From: Tubiluchus corallicola
Lineage: Eukaryota; Animalia; Priapulida
Length of the DNA stretch: 64,000 bases
Direction: 5' to 3'
Assembly (NCBI GenBank): GCA_030141605.1
Contig: JAQGDQ010000290.1
Coordinates: forward strand, 1 to 64,000
The position numbers and the translations under genes were made by a program. Positions within the stretch are counted from its first letter, which is position 1. Each line of letters starts with the position of its first letter. Below the pieces are notes generated by a model, which did not search any database, was not told where the DNA came from, and saw only the letters and a list, made by a program, of their open reading frames with translations. Below are positions 1 through 11,312 of this stretch, in pieces.

Positions 1-711
1 TAATGGTGGGTTTAAGGCTAGGCGAATTAGAGCTTGAAAAGAGTTTTGTACCTTGAGGTTTGGAACTCTGGTAGCCGCAGGCTTAACGTAGCTAACTGTG
101 GCATGACCGGTATCTATCTTACTATCAATCATAATGCTCTAAGATGTTTGTTAGCCACGTAATGGTAGGTAAGCAGAATTTATCAACATAATCGGGCGCT
201 CAGTTTCTGTCGCTAAGCACTTACTAACCACTTCCCAGAGAAATGCCACCTTAACTCTTTCTTCTACTTCGAAGCCAATATGATATATAAAAACTAACTG
301 TAAATCTAGGTATTCACTGATTTCACCAACTTTGTATGAAGCCATTCACTTCGACCAGAATTCTGGCCTCTTGCAACTTGTGGGATACTTTTTTGAGCGA
401 AACAGACGCCATTTTCAGCGCTAAAGAGTCAAAAGACTTTAAATAATAAAAATCTACATCAATTCAAACCGACAGAGAGGCTTAACTGATATGCACCAGC
501 CATAAAAAATGGCAGCTTCTTTGACAAAAAGTGTCTGAGATGTCGTTCAACTTTTTCTTTTGAAAAGAAAATGTTCAAGAAATGAGAAAATGTAGCCGCA
601 CTTTAGCCGATGGTGATAATGAAACTTTATGAAAGGCGAAAGATATTTTATGTGTCTAGATAAAAGGGGATGAGATAAAAGTTGACGACTTGTCTGAAAC
701 GATCAACGAAC

Positions 712-1638
712 ACAAGATATGGTAAAACAGGCCAGAAAGGTCCAGGATCAAGTGTTAACTTAGCAAGATATGGTAAAACAGGCCACAAAGGTCCAGGTTC
801 AAGTGTTAACTTGGCAAGATATGGTAAAACAGGCCACAAAGGTCCAGGATCAAGTGTTAACTTAGCAAGATATGGTAAAACAGGCCACAAAGGTCCAGGT
901 TCAAGTGTTAACTTAGCAAGATATGGTAAAACAGGCCACAAAGGTCCAGGTTCAAGTGTTAACTTGGCAAGATATGGTAAAACAGGCCACAAAGGTCCAG
1001 GTTCAAGTGTTAACTTGGCAAGATATGGTAAAACAGGCCACAAAGGTCCAGGATCAAGTGTTAACTTAGCAAGATATGGTAAAACAGGCCACAAAGGTCC
1101 AGGTTCAAGTGTTAACTTGGCAAGATATGGTAAAACAGGCCACAAAGGTCCAGGTTCAAGTGTTAACTTAGCAAGATATGGTAAAACAGGCCACAAAGGT
1201 CCAGGTTCAAGTGTTAACTTGGCAAGATATGGTAAAACAGGCCACAAAGGTCCAGGTTCAAGTGTTAACTTAGCAAGATATGGTAAAACAGGCCACAAAG
1301 GTCCAGGTTCAAGTGTTAACTTGGCAAGATATGGTAAAACAGGCCAGAAAGGTCCAGGATCAAGTGTTAACTTAGCAAGATATGGCAAAACAGGCCACAA
1401 AGGTCCAGGTTCAAGTGTTAACTTAGCAAGATATGGTAAAACAGGCCACAAAGGTCCAGGGTCAAGTGTTAACTTGGCAAGATATGGTAAAACAGGCCAC
1501 AAAGGTCCAGGTTCAAGTGTTAACTTGGCAAGATATGGTAAAACAGGCCAGAAACGTCCAGGATCAAGTGTTAACTTGGCAAGATATGGTAAAACAGGCC
1601 ACAAAGGTCCAGGATCAAGTGTTAACTTGGCAAGATAT
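712..1638 (+). repeat. 51-bp tandem array (~18 copies), left arm of the foldback
   Basis: Unit CAAGATATGGTAAAACAGGCCACAAAGGTCCAGGTTCAAGTGTTAACTT(A/G)G; 17-aa periodicity in the ORF track. Confidence 0.97.
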
Positions 1639-2104
1639 CAAAACTGTTCTACGAGCGTGTTGCAAGTGTTTGCGAACGCGAAAATTGAAGTACTGAGCTA
1701 CTGTAAGATATTCAGTGGCAAGTTTTAAGATAGAATTCAAATTTACCGCTGTACTCATGCATGAGCTGATGAACGTGCATAGTTCGTCACAAACTAACAA
1801 ATCTGAACTGAGAGGTACATCACCTGTTTTTTGTGCAACGCTTTCCGAAATGCAGAAGCTAGTGCCGTCTAACTAGCGAATGGCGAAATGCATGTAACAG
1901 CGAAGAATTACTGGCGCGAACGTGAAATTGTATTTGTGTAGTTGTAATTCTTTCACGTAAGTCATTTTTGAAAAAAATAGTATGTTTACTTTCAATATTT
2001 TAAAGAGTAGATTGTTTTGCCCTACATTTTAAGATTGGGTCCGGTTTTGCTTTATATATATAAACTGTCAAAATGTTAAGCTGCCGGTCAAAACATCCTG
2101 TTCT

Positions 2105-2684
2105 TTAAAATAAATATAATATAAATATGAACATGAACATGAATATGAATATAAATATGAACATGAACATGAATATGAACATGAATGTGAATAATGTATA
2201 TATAAATATAAATATAAATATAAATATAAATATAAATATAAATATAAATATAAATATAAATATAAATATAAATATAAATATAAATATAAATATAAATATA
2301 AATATAAATATAAATATAAATATAAATATAAATATAAATATAAATATAAATATAAATATAAACATAAACATAAACATAAATATAAACATAAATATAAACA
2401 TAAACATAAATATAAATATAAATATAAATATAAATATAAATATAAATATAAATATAAATATAAATATAAATATAAATATAAATATAAATATAAACATAAA
2501 CATAAACATAAACATAAACATAAACATAAACATAAACATAAACATAAACATAAACATAAACATAAACATAAACATAAACATAAACATAAACATAAACATA
2601 AACATAAACATAAACATAAACATAAACATAAACATAAACATAAATATAAATATAAATAAATGTAAATGTAAATATAAATATAAA
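2105..2684. repeat. Compound hexamer microsatellite (ATGAAC/ATAAAT/ATAAAC)n
   Basis: Read directly from the sequence. Confidence 0.97.
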
Positions 2685-3548
2685 TCTCGTGGTACAATCA
2701 CATCAGATAAACAAACAGATCAACAAGCAAAATAACATTAATTAAGAAGATTAGTAGGCAATGTGAATATGTACAATTAAGTGAGAGTAAGATATGTTAG
2801 TATGGCGTACAACTCATTCCTGTCAAAAGAATCAAAATAATTATGTTCTAGAGACCATGTAACTTCCTTGGTGAAATTTACAGTCCGTATTTGTTCATTG
2901 CTAGCATTACCTCTTGCCATCTAATGTACAGAAAAAACTTTAGAAAGAAAATTTTCATTTGTGAAAAAGTATTGTACTCGTTAAAATGGATAACAAATTA
3001 AAATCCATTATAGAAGATGCATGAAATCCAGAGTTACGTCGGTTGTGAAAATCGGACTGCCCTGACAAGACTCCTGTATGTCTCCGTAGTAAGTTTCTTT
3101 CACAGCTTGGCATTCATGTAACGTGTTTTCTCTGTAGCAAACAGGAATAAATCAACAGTAGTAGATGGAGCAGCAGCAGCTGGGTACCATAATTTTTGAC
3201 AAGAGTTTCTGTTTTCTTGGCATGCGGACAGAAGTTGCGTTGTGCTCAATGACGTCATCAAATGGTGCTTAGTACGAAGCCATGACTGACTTATTTCTTC
3301 ACTGCTACCGAGACGCCAATGCGACATGTTTCTCGCCCTATCAGCCTGGTTTATCTAATCACAACGAAACATGTTGATTATACAGAATTATTTTATAATA
3401 GGCACAGGCAACTTTTGTCACAGACATCGTTTTTTGATTACATATTAATTTGATTCTCAATATATGAATATGTTTAGCTTCATACAGTCAGACAAATATT
3501 AAGACTAGAAAATAAATTTTTTTTGATCAATTAAATAAAGAGATTGAT

Positions 3549-3822
3549 AATTATATTATATTATATTATATTATATTATATTATATTATATTATATTATA
3601 TTATATTATATTATATTATATTATATTATATTATATTATATTATATTATATTATATTATATTATAATATATTATATTATATTATATTATATTATATTATA
3701 TTATATTATATTATATTATATTATATTATATTATATTATATTATATTATATTATATTATATTATATTATATTATATTATATTATATTATATTATATTATA
3801 TTATATTTTATATTACATTATA
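3549..3822. repeat. (TTATA)n microsatellite
   Basis: Read directly from the sequence. Confidence 0.97.
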
Positions 3823-4089
3823 TTTTGACCTTCAGCTTAACATTTACATTTTATATATATATCATATCATATCATATTATATTAGTTATTTAGGCACAAA
3901 ATTATAACAATCTAGTTTTTATAAAAATATTTTGTGGGCTAGAAATGTCAGACAAGTTTACACAAGTTTTGCAAACATTTTAATACTGATCGAAAGAATT
4001 ATAAACACAAATACAATTTCACGTTCGCGCCAGTAATTCTTCGCTGTTACATGCCTTCGCCATTCGCTAGTTAGACGGCACTTGGTTCT

Positions 4090-4648
4090 GCATTTTCTGA
4101 AGCGCTGCACAAGTTAACACTTGAACCTGGACCTTTGTGGCCTGTTTTACCATATCTTGCTATGTTAACACTTGAACCTGGACCTTTGTGGCCTGTTTTA
4201 CCATATCTTGCGTTAACATTTGAATTTATCTTAAAACTTGCCACTGAATGTTTTACCATAGCTCAGTTAACACTTGAACCTGGACCTTTGTGGCCTGTTC
4301 AAAAACACTTGCAACACGTTCGTGGACTGTTTTAATATCTTGCCAAGTTAACACTTGAACCTGGACCTTTGTGGCCTGTTTTACCATATCTTGCCAAGTT
4401 AACACTTGATCCTGGACCTTTCTGGCCTGTTTTACCATATCTTGCCAAGTTAACACTTGATCCTGGACCTTTCTGGCCTGTTTTACCACATCTTGCTAAG
4501 TTAACACTTGATCCTGGACCTTTCTGGCCTGTTTTACCATATCTTGCCAAGTTAACACTTGAACCTGGACCTTTGTGGCCTGTTTTACCATATCTTGCTA
4601 AGTTAACACTTGATCCTGGACCTTTCTGGCCTGTTTTACCATATCTTG
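4090..4648 (-). repeat. 51-bp array, right arm of the foldback (~6 contiguous copies plus ~3 dispersed copies)
   Basis: Reverse complement of the unit at 712-1638, interrupted by unique segments at ~4215-4250 and ~4300-4335. Confidence 0.95.
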
Positions 4649-5719
4649 TGTTCGTTGATCGTTTCAGACAAGTCGTCAACTTTTATCTCATCCCCTTTTA
4701 TCTAGACACATAAAATATCTTTCGCCTTTCATAAAGTTTCATTATCACCATCGGCTAAAGTGCGGCTACATTTTCTCATTTCTTGAACATTTTCTTTTCA
4801 AAAGAAAAAGTTGAACGACATCTCAGACACTTTTTGTCAAAGAAGCTGCCATTTTTTATGGCTGGTGCATATCAGTTAAGCCTCTCTGTCGGTTTGAATT
4901 GATGTAGATTTTTATTATTTAAAGTCTTTTGACTCTTTAGCGCTGAAAATGGCGTCTGTTTCGCTCAAAAAAGTATCCCACAAGTTGCAAGAGGCCAGAA
5001 TTCTGGTCGAAGTGAATGGCTTCATACAAAGTTGGTGAAATCAGTGAATACCTAGATTTACAGTTAGTTTTTATATATCATATTGGCTTCGAAGTAGAAG
5101 AAAGAGTTAAGGTGGCATTTCTCTGGGAAGTGGTTAGTAAGTGCTTAGCGACAGAAACTGAGCGCCCGATTATGTTGATAAATTCTGCTTACCTACCATT
5201 ACGTGGCTAACAAACATCTTAGAGCATTATGATTGATAGTAAGATAGATACCGGTCATGCCACAGTTAGCTACGTTAAGCCTGCGGCTACCAGAGTTCCA
5301 AACCTCAAGGTACAAAACTCTTTTCAAGCTCTAATTCGCCTAGCCTTAAACCCACCATTAAAGGGAAACAGCGTGTTTTTCGAATTCGTAATTTTAAATT
5401 TTCACAAACGTGGGCGAGAATTTTAAATCATTCTCAGTAGATGGTTTCTATCGCTGGAAAATTTGCCCAGCATTAGTGTGATTGCTGAGCGGTGTTAACC
5501 GGCCATTAATTAAGTTTCCAGGCTAATATTTAATTATCGGATGATAAAACCGTGATTATTATTATTACAGGTATCACGTCTTATGACCGAGTTGTTTTGG
5601 TAATAGTATTACTTCGCTGCGTTACGTAGTAAGGTATAAACGTGATTTCGTTTAAGCTGTGAACTCTTTACCGAGTCTCGTATTGTTTATTAAACAGTAA
5701 CAGTTTTAATATATACATG

Positions 5720-5910
5720 TATTTCTTCTTTGAAATACATCAAATTCTGATTTGTGTTGCGTTTGATTGTCCATAATTCTGTGTTATAGAGAAACACGGT
5801 TTCTACAAGTGCAGCAAAGATTCTTAATTTCGTATCTAGACTGATCCTCCTACCTTCAAATTATTTTATTAACTTGGAATATGCAGCTGGTGCTAAGATT
5901 TTTCTTCTTA
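5720..5910 (-). mobile_element. Degraded non-LTR retrotransposon (RTE-like) ORF2 fragment
   Basis: Minus strand reads RRKILAPAAYSKL..RRISLDTKLRIFAALVETVFLYNTELWT, then FQRR after a frameshift. This resembles the post-RT region of RTE-type LINEs. Confidence 0.6.
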
Positions 5911-7094
5911 AAACAACAATAACACTTTTTGAAGCCAGTAGCTTTGAACAATATGGATGAATCCTCTTTACAAAACTTTTGCTTAACTAGCTTACTTTAA
6001 TAATTCACCAAATTAAGCATGTCGTATAAATATTAAATTTAACAGCTTCCTTTGCTGAAGCAGCTTGGTAATTGGGTAGTAAAAATGGCTAGCGCTGATA
6101 ACCAGGACGCCAACTTCTGTTTGAACTTCATCATCTTCTATATCTCTTTGGTTAATTACGTTCACTGGGTGGCTGACGTTGTTAAACTTTGAGTCTGTAG
6201 TTAAATTGCAAATCCTTAGCTCAGTGGCAATTTGCTGGCTAATGTGAGAGAATGAGCGAAGCTTAGTGTTGAAAGAGTGCTCTCAGACACAATTAAACAA
6301 CCGACTTGTCAGGGATAATAGTCTTTGGCTTTGTATAATTGATACTTGGACATGCTAGAATGGTCAGAATGTGATGGTTTTGCAACAGTCAGGTTTTACT
6401 CGCCTCGGTGATCACTCACAATAAAAAAATAACCGTTTCCGTTTCACTGTCATTTTACAGTGACGGAGATGGAAATGTGTTTTTACAGTCAACAGCATCA
6501 TCATTTTACTTTTTTCTTTCTCGGTATCGTCATCTCTTTTTCCTCATCATTGCCATCATCATCATCATCATCATTAACGCCGTAATCACCATCATCGCCG
6601 TTATCGTGTATGCTATTGCCGTCATTGTCGCTTTTGTTTTTTTCAATGTGGACATCATTATTACCATTTATTATTGTCGTTGTTATTGGTCGTCATCATC
6701 CATTTTATCATTATTATCATGCAGCCCTTCGTTAGTAACTTAGAAACTGAAGCTATTAATCTTGATCAGACAGCTTTCATTTATCACATCTCATAATATC
6801 TGTGAATGGGTCCTTATATATTAAAAATACGTGCGTAATGTATTGTAATATATTCTAATATAACAAATTCATGCATAATAAAGTGGCCTTATTCCCTGTA
6901 AATTAGGTATTGATGTAGAAGTTATTAAAATTACAGCCAGATTGGTCCACAAAATATTTGAAGACAGGCCCGACTGAGATAACTCAGTGCAAGCCTGACT
7001 GACTGACCAACTGTAATACATGTAATATTAAGTTTGTATTATATTGTATGTTGCTCTGTTGTATGCGTTTTTTTTGTGCTTGAACCATTACACC

Positions 7095-7450
7095 ACGTAA
7101 CAAACTACGCCAATGACATCTAATTACAGAAGTAAAGTTTGCATCACTGTTTATAATGTTCTTGCATATAAAATTTTCACTCTTATTCAGCCTGACATAC
7201 AAACTGTATGCACATTTTCAGTGAATCACATCAAAATAAATAATATTAAGTCTAGTAGAAATATATCTAGCGCTCGTATCATATGAAAAGTTAAACAGCT
7301 TCCGTGTTGATACATTATATGCAACCTTGAGTTTGCTAAGATTGTAAGAATAAAAATGTCTCCAAGTGGACATACAATAAAAAGTAGTGCAGTGAGCAGT
7401 AAACAATTGTCTCTTCACGTTAACTGAACAGTGAGTAAATTTCATGAGTA
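7095..7450 (-). mobile_element. Degraded CR1/L2-group LINE ORF2 C-terminal fragment
   Basis: ORF pieces VKRQLFTAHCTTFYCMSTW..KLKVAYNVSTRKLF..SAR and YVRLNKSENFICKNIINSD..IRCHWRSLL resemble invertebrate LINE ORF2 ends. Confidence 0.6.
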
Positions 7451-7604
7451 ATTGAACATTGTCGTAATATATCTAAATCATCTCTATTGTCATCTGGTAA
7501 ACTAACCAGCAGTGACAGTGACCAACGTATGTAAAGAATTTCTTATTTTGCGACTGCTATTGTATAATTAAGTTATACAAGCACTTCAAAGCATTTATTA
7601 TTTA

Positions 7605-7830
7605 AATAATACGACTTCTATCAAAATTTTACAACTATTTAAAAACGTGTCCATACGTTTCGACAGCAGTCAGGTGTTATTATCAGTGGTATTCTAAACA
7701 AACTGCCTATATAAACTTGTTGTTGTTTGTATAATGTACCACTGATGATGACAGCTGATTGCTGTCAAAACGTTTGGACATGTTTATTAACAGTTGTAAG
7801 TTAAAGATTTTAATAGAAGTTGTGTCGTTT
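7605..7830. mobile_element. Penelope-like inverted pair carrying degenerate hammerhead ribozyme motifs
   Basis: 7610-7692 is an imperfect reverse complement of 7737-7828. Plus copy: CTGATGA-T-GACAGC-TGATT-GCTGTC-AAAAC. Minus copy: CTGATAA-T-AACACC-TGACT-GCTGTC-GAAAC. Confidence 0.6.
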
Positions 7831-9349
7831 TACTAACAGTGCATAGTTAATATCTTAAAAGATTTCAAAAGAGCTATTGAATAGTCTTGCAGTCCTTTTA
7901 CACCGTTTTGGAAGCTACAATAAAATTACAACTCGTAAAATTTTAACGGCGTGTTTAGGACTCGAATAAACTTCGAAGCATTGCAGACAAATTCGACGAT
8001 GGTACAAGCAATATTGCAGATTATGAAGAGTATGAAAAGATTTCATGTAAGATTCAAAAACAAAGGCAGTGTTTAACACATTTCTTTTATGTTATAAATT
8101 TTATTTATGATGATCACCTGCAGACGGTATTATTTTCAAAGCTAAAGTTTTTTTAGTTTTATTAATACATTTCACAAACACGTGACGTAATTATAAACAA
8201 GGAAACAAAACTTATAGTATTACAATAAACAAAATAGTTTTACAATATCCTCAATAGTTATACAAACAACAATACATATTGGAAAAAAAAGAATGTTTCT
8301 GCAGTTTATTCTATCATTCGTCATAATAACAATGATTATGTTACGTGCTGCAGAACCCTTGAAAATCAAAGCTTGTAAGATAGCTTGTAAGTGAGGTGTG
8401 TGGAGCTATGCCTTTTTATTTCATTAGCACTTCTAGTTCAATATAATCGATTGCTGGGTAATAATTCAGAGTAGCAAATCCTAGCATCCGAATCCAAGTC
8501 TGAGTCCTACATCGCTGATTATCATTTGCCTCATCATGAGTTCCTTGCATCCTTGCACGATTTAGGTTTGTGAAACGAGCTGCTGATTTTGTCACCATCA
8601 TTACTATCGTCGCTGAAGAGTAGCGGCAGTAACAGCCAGGTGATCAAATCACAAGCAGACGCGCTTGGGGCACCAAGGTTCATGGGTAAAATTTTAATAA
8701 AGCATTTTGAAGACCATAAACGTCTTTTACAGTTGAAAATGTGAGGTAGAGGGCTACAGGAGAATGAGGGACCATGGCTGGATTGTTTTTCATATCACTA
8801 GATAACATCATAGTAGGTAGGGTCTTCACCTTTTACCACCATGTTTTCATTTATTGCATGGCAACTTGGCAACACTGTAACCACAACATTTGCAACAGCC
8901 ATTAGCTAAGGTCTTACAGAGCAAAGAAGTTTCATGATCAATTGCTCATGTATTAGGGCCATTTTGACTTTCTGTTTAACAACGTTCTGGGTGTTTTTTA
9001 CTGTTGGCAGGAATCATACCTTCTTTTTTGTAGCCGATTTACTTAATTAAAATTTCATTTTTAAGTCATTAAAGAATTTAAGTGGCATAAATCCTAGATA
9101 TAGCAATAGAGTTTGATTTGTGGCATAATTTGTATCACATAGTAAGTTATGCTTTGATCGACGAAGCGTGAGCGTGGTGAGCCAGGGCAAAGGAGAGAGC
9201 CGGGATACCACGTGCAGGGTGTGCTTAGGGCACCAAGACACCTTAATCCAGCCCTGGTGGCATCTGATCTTCATCATTATTTTAAATTGATGTTGACATC
9301 TTGCTTTATTTCGTGTATATGTTATAAAGACGCTATCAAAAAGTTAACC

Positions 9350-9930
9350 AGGTGTACTCAAGCACTATAAACTTTTTAAAAAAGACTGAAACACTGAATT
9401 ATATGTATTTTGCCCAAAAGCCACAGAAAGGCATTAGCTAAATTTAGGTATGGGGTTGCTCCCATTATGTTAGAAATTGGAAGGTGAAATAATATCCCAG
9501 AAGACGAAAGATTTTGTCATTTTTATGATCAGTTAGCACTCGAGTCTGAAAAACATGTTTTATTGCAATGTCCCCTTTATGATGATATTCGCGTTTTGTT
9601 ATTCCAGTGTCGCAGCGCAAAAATCAAGAGTTTTAATGAATTCAACGATAATGATAAGTTATGTCAGATGCTGTCAGGTGATATTTGTTTGAAAGAATGT
9701 TTGAAAACCTGCCACCTAGTGCTGGAAAGAAGAAATTTGTTTAACTAGCGTAATGATATGTTTTAATGTTTGTATAATGACTGTTTTAGTTTATATGTAA
9801 AATTATCGTTTTTAATGATTTGTAAAGTGTCTCATAACTCTGTTGATAGAGTGGCTTCTATTTCACTGTAACTGTGAGTACCTTTGTGTTTTAAATTGTT
9901 GTAAAATGAAAGGTGAAATGAAATTGATTA
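9350..9930 (+). mobile_element. LINE (CR1/L2-like) 3' fragment with C-terminal CCHC-type region and 3' UTR
   Basis: Reads HRKALAKFRYGVAPIMLEIGR*NNIPEDERFCHFY..ESEKHVLLQCPLYDDIR and ends in a pentamer microsatellite tail. Confidence 0.75.
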
Positions 9931-10475
9931 ACTATACGATACTATGCTATGCTATGCTGTGCTGTGCTGTGCCGTGCCGTGCCGTGCCGTGCCGTGCCGT
10001 ACCGTACCGTGCCGTACCGTACCGTACCATACCATACCATACCATACCATACCATACCATACGACACGACACGACACGACACGACACGACACTAGACTAC
10101 ACTACATTACACTACACCACACTACACTACTTTACACTACAATACACTACACTGCACTGCACTACACTGCACTACACTACACTACACTGTACTGTACTGT
10201 ACTGTACTGTACTGTACTGTACTGTACTGTACTGCACTGCACTGCACTGCACTGCACTGCACCGCACCGCACCACTGCACTACACTACACTACACTACAC
10301 TACACTACACTACACTACACTACACTACACCACACCACACCACACCACACCACACCACACCACACCACACCACACCACACCACACCACACCACACCACAC
10401 CACACCACACCACACCACACCACACCACACCATACCATACCATACTATACTATATATTATACTATATTATATTAT
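9930..10475. repeat. Compound pentamer microsatellite with stepwise unit changes
   Basis: ATGCT>GTGCT>GTGCC>GTACC>ATACC>ACGAC>ACTAC>ACTGC>ACTGT>...>ACCAC>ATACC>ATATT. Confidence 0.95.
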
Positions 10476-11312
10476 GAAAGTCAATTTATTCCGAGCCAAT
10501 GAAAGTGTCCTTACAGAAAGAGGGGCCCTATAGTGTGAATTTGTGACAGTTTGAGGAGATGATTTTATCAAGCATCAATAAGACAAGGACCACGTCTCTA
10601 TAACGTTCGTCTACTTACTGATCGATGGGCAGGCAGCTTGGCCGTAAATAAATAATATGGGGGGAAAACATGTCAGGAATTCTTCAGCGTGAGAAGGACT
10701 TTGATGTATCTTAAAAGGTGATTCTGCTCTCACACTTTGCTAATATTCGCTGGACCGTTGCGAGAAAGCAATTTAAAGGCACGTTTGCAGGTTTCATGCT
10801 CGGAATTGAAAGTTCTTTCTTCTTGTAGATTTTGCAGGATCTCCATACTAACATTTTGAGTGGGAGACGGGGACGAGGTCGGGGGAGGGGGAGTTAAACA
10901 CCGGGAGACGGCGGGGGCCGAGAGAGCAGGAAGTTAAACACTGGCAGACCGGAAAGTTTAGTAGTTTGAACATTTCAGTGGATGATTTAGTTAAATTCAG
11001 ATACAGTGAATTAATGGTAACTTCCACACGTGTGTAGTTTATTGACAAAAAACCATTTTCATTTATAACAAATGGAGAGACACCTGTTGGTATGTTGTCC
11101 ATGACACAATACTACGCATCATTCAACTTTCTCAATTAAAACAGTAAAGTTACTGTAGCATTAATCTTAAACATATTCAGTTTATATTCTGGCACAAATT
11201 TTAAGAGATTCATTAGTTTTAAAAAATAAACTTACACCATAAAAGCTAATGTAAGTGTCTCTATGTGCTGAGTTATAAGACAGCTTTGCAATACATGTAG
11301 TTCAGTCTGAAT

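Larger units (their letters stand above)
1..5360. mobile_element. Foldback-type long inverted repeat element (arms ~1-2100 and ~3820-5360, loop ~2685-3548); left end may lie outside the window
   Basis: Bases 1-715 are the reverse complement of ~4645-5360 (TAATGGTGGG...CCCACCATTA). An identical 64-aa ORF is read at 151-345(-) and 5016-5210(+). Both arms carry the same 51-bp array. Diverged inner matches occur at 1835-1955 vs 3990-4092 and 2055-2097 vs 3822-3860. TTAA lies at 5358-5361. Confidence 0.85.

Noticed and set aside
151-345. 64-aa ORF duplicated at 5016-5210 as a real gene
   Set aside because: It is short with no recognisable domain, and its identity simply reflects the inverted repeat.
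2685-3548. Transposase in the foldback loop
   Set aside because: The frames I translated contain stops and show no DDE or tyrosine-recombinase motif. A TBLASTX search would be needed to exclude a decayed ORF.
712-4648. 51-bp repeats as a CRISPR array
   Set aside because: Units are head-to-tail without spacers, the few unique inserts are colinear local sequence, there are no cas genes, and the context is eukaryotic.
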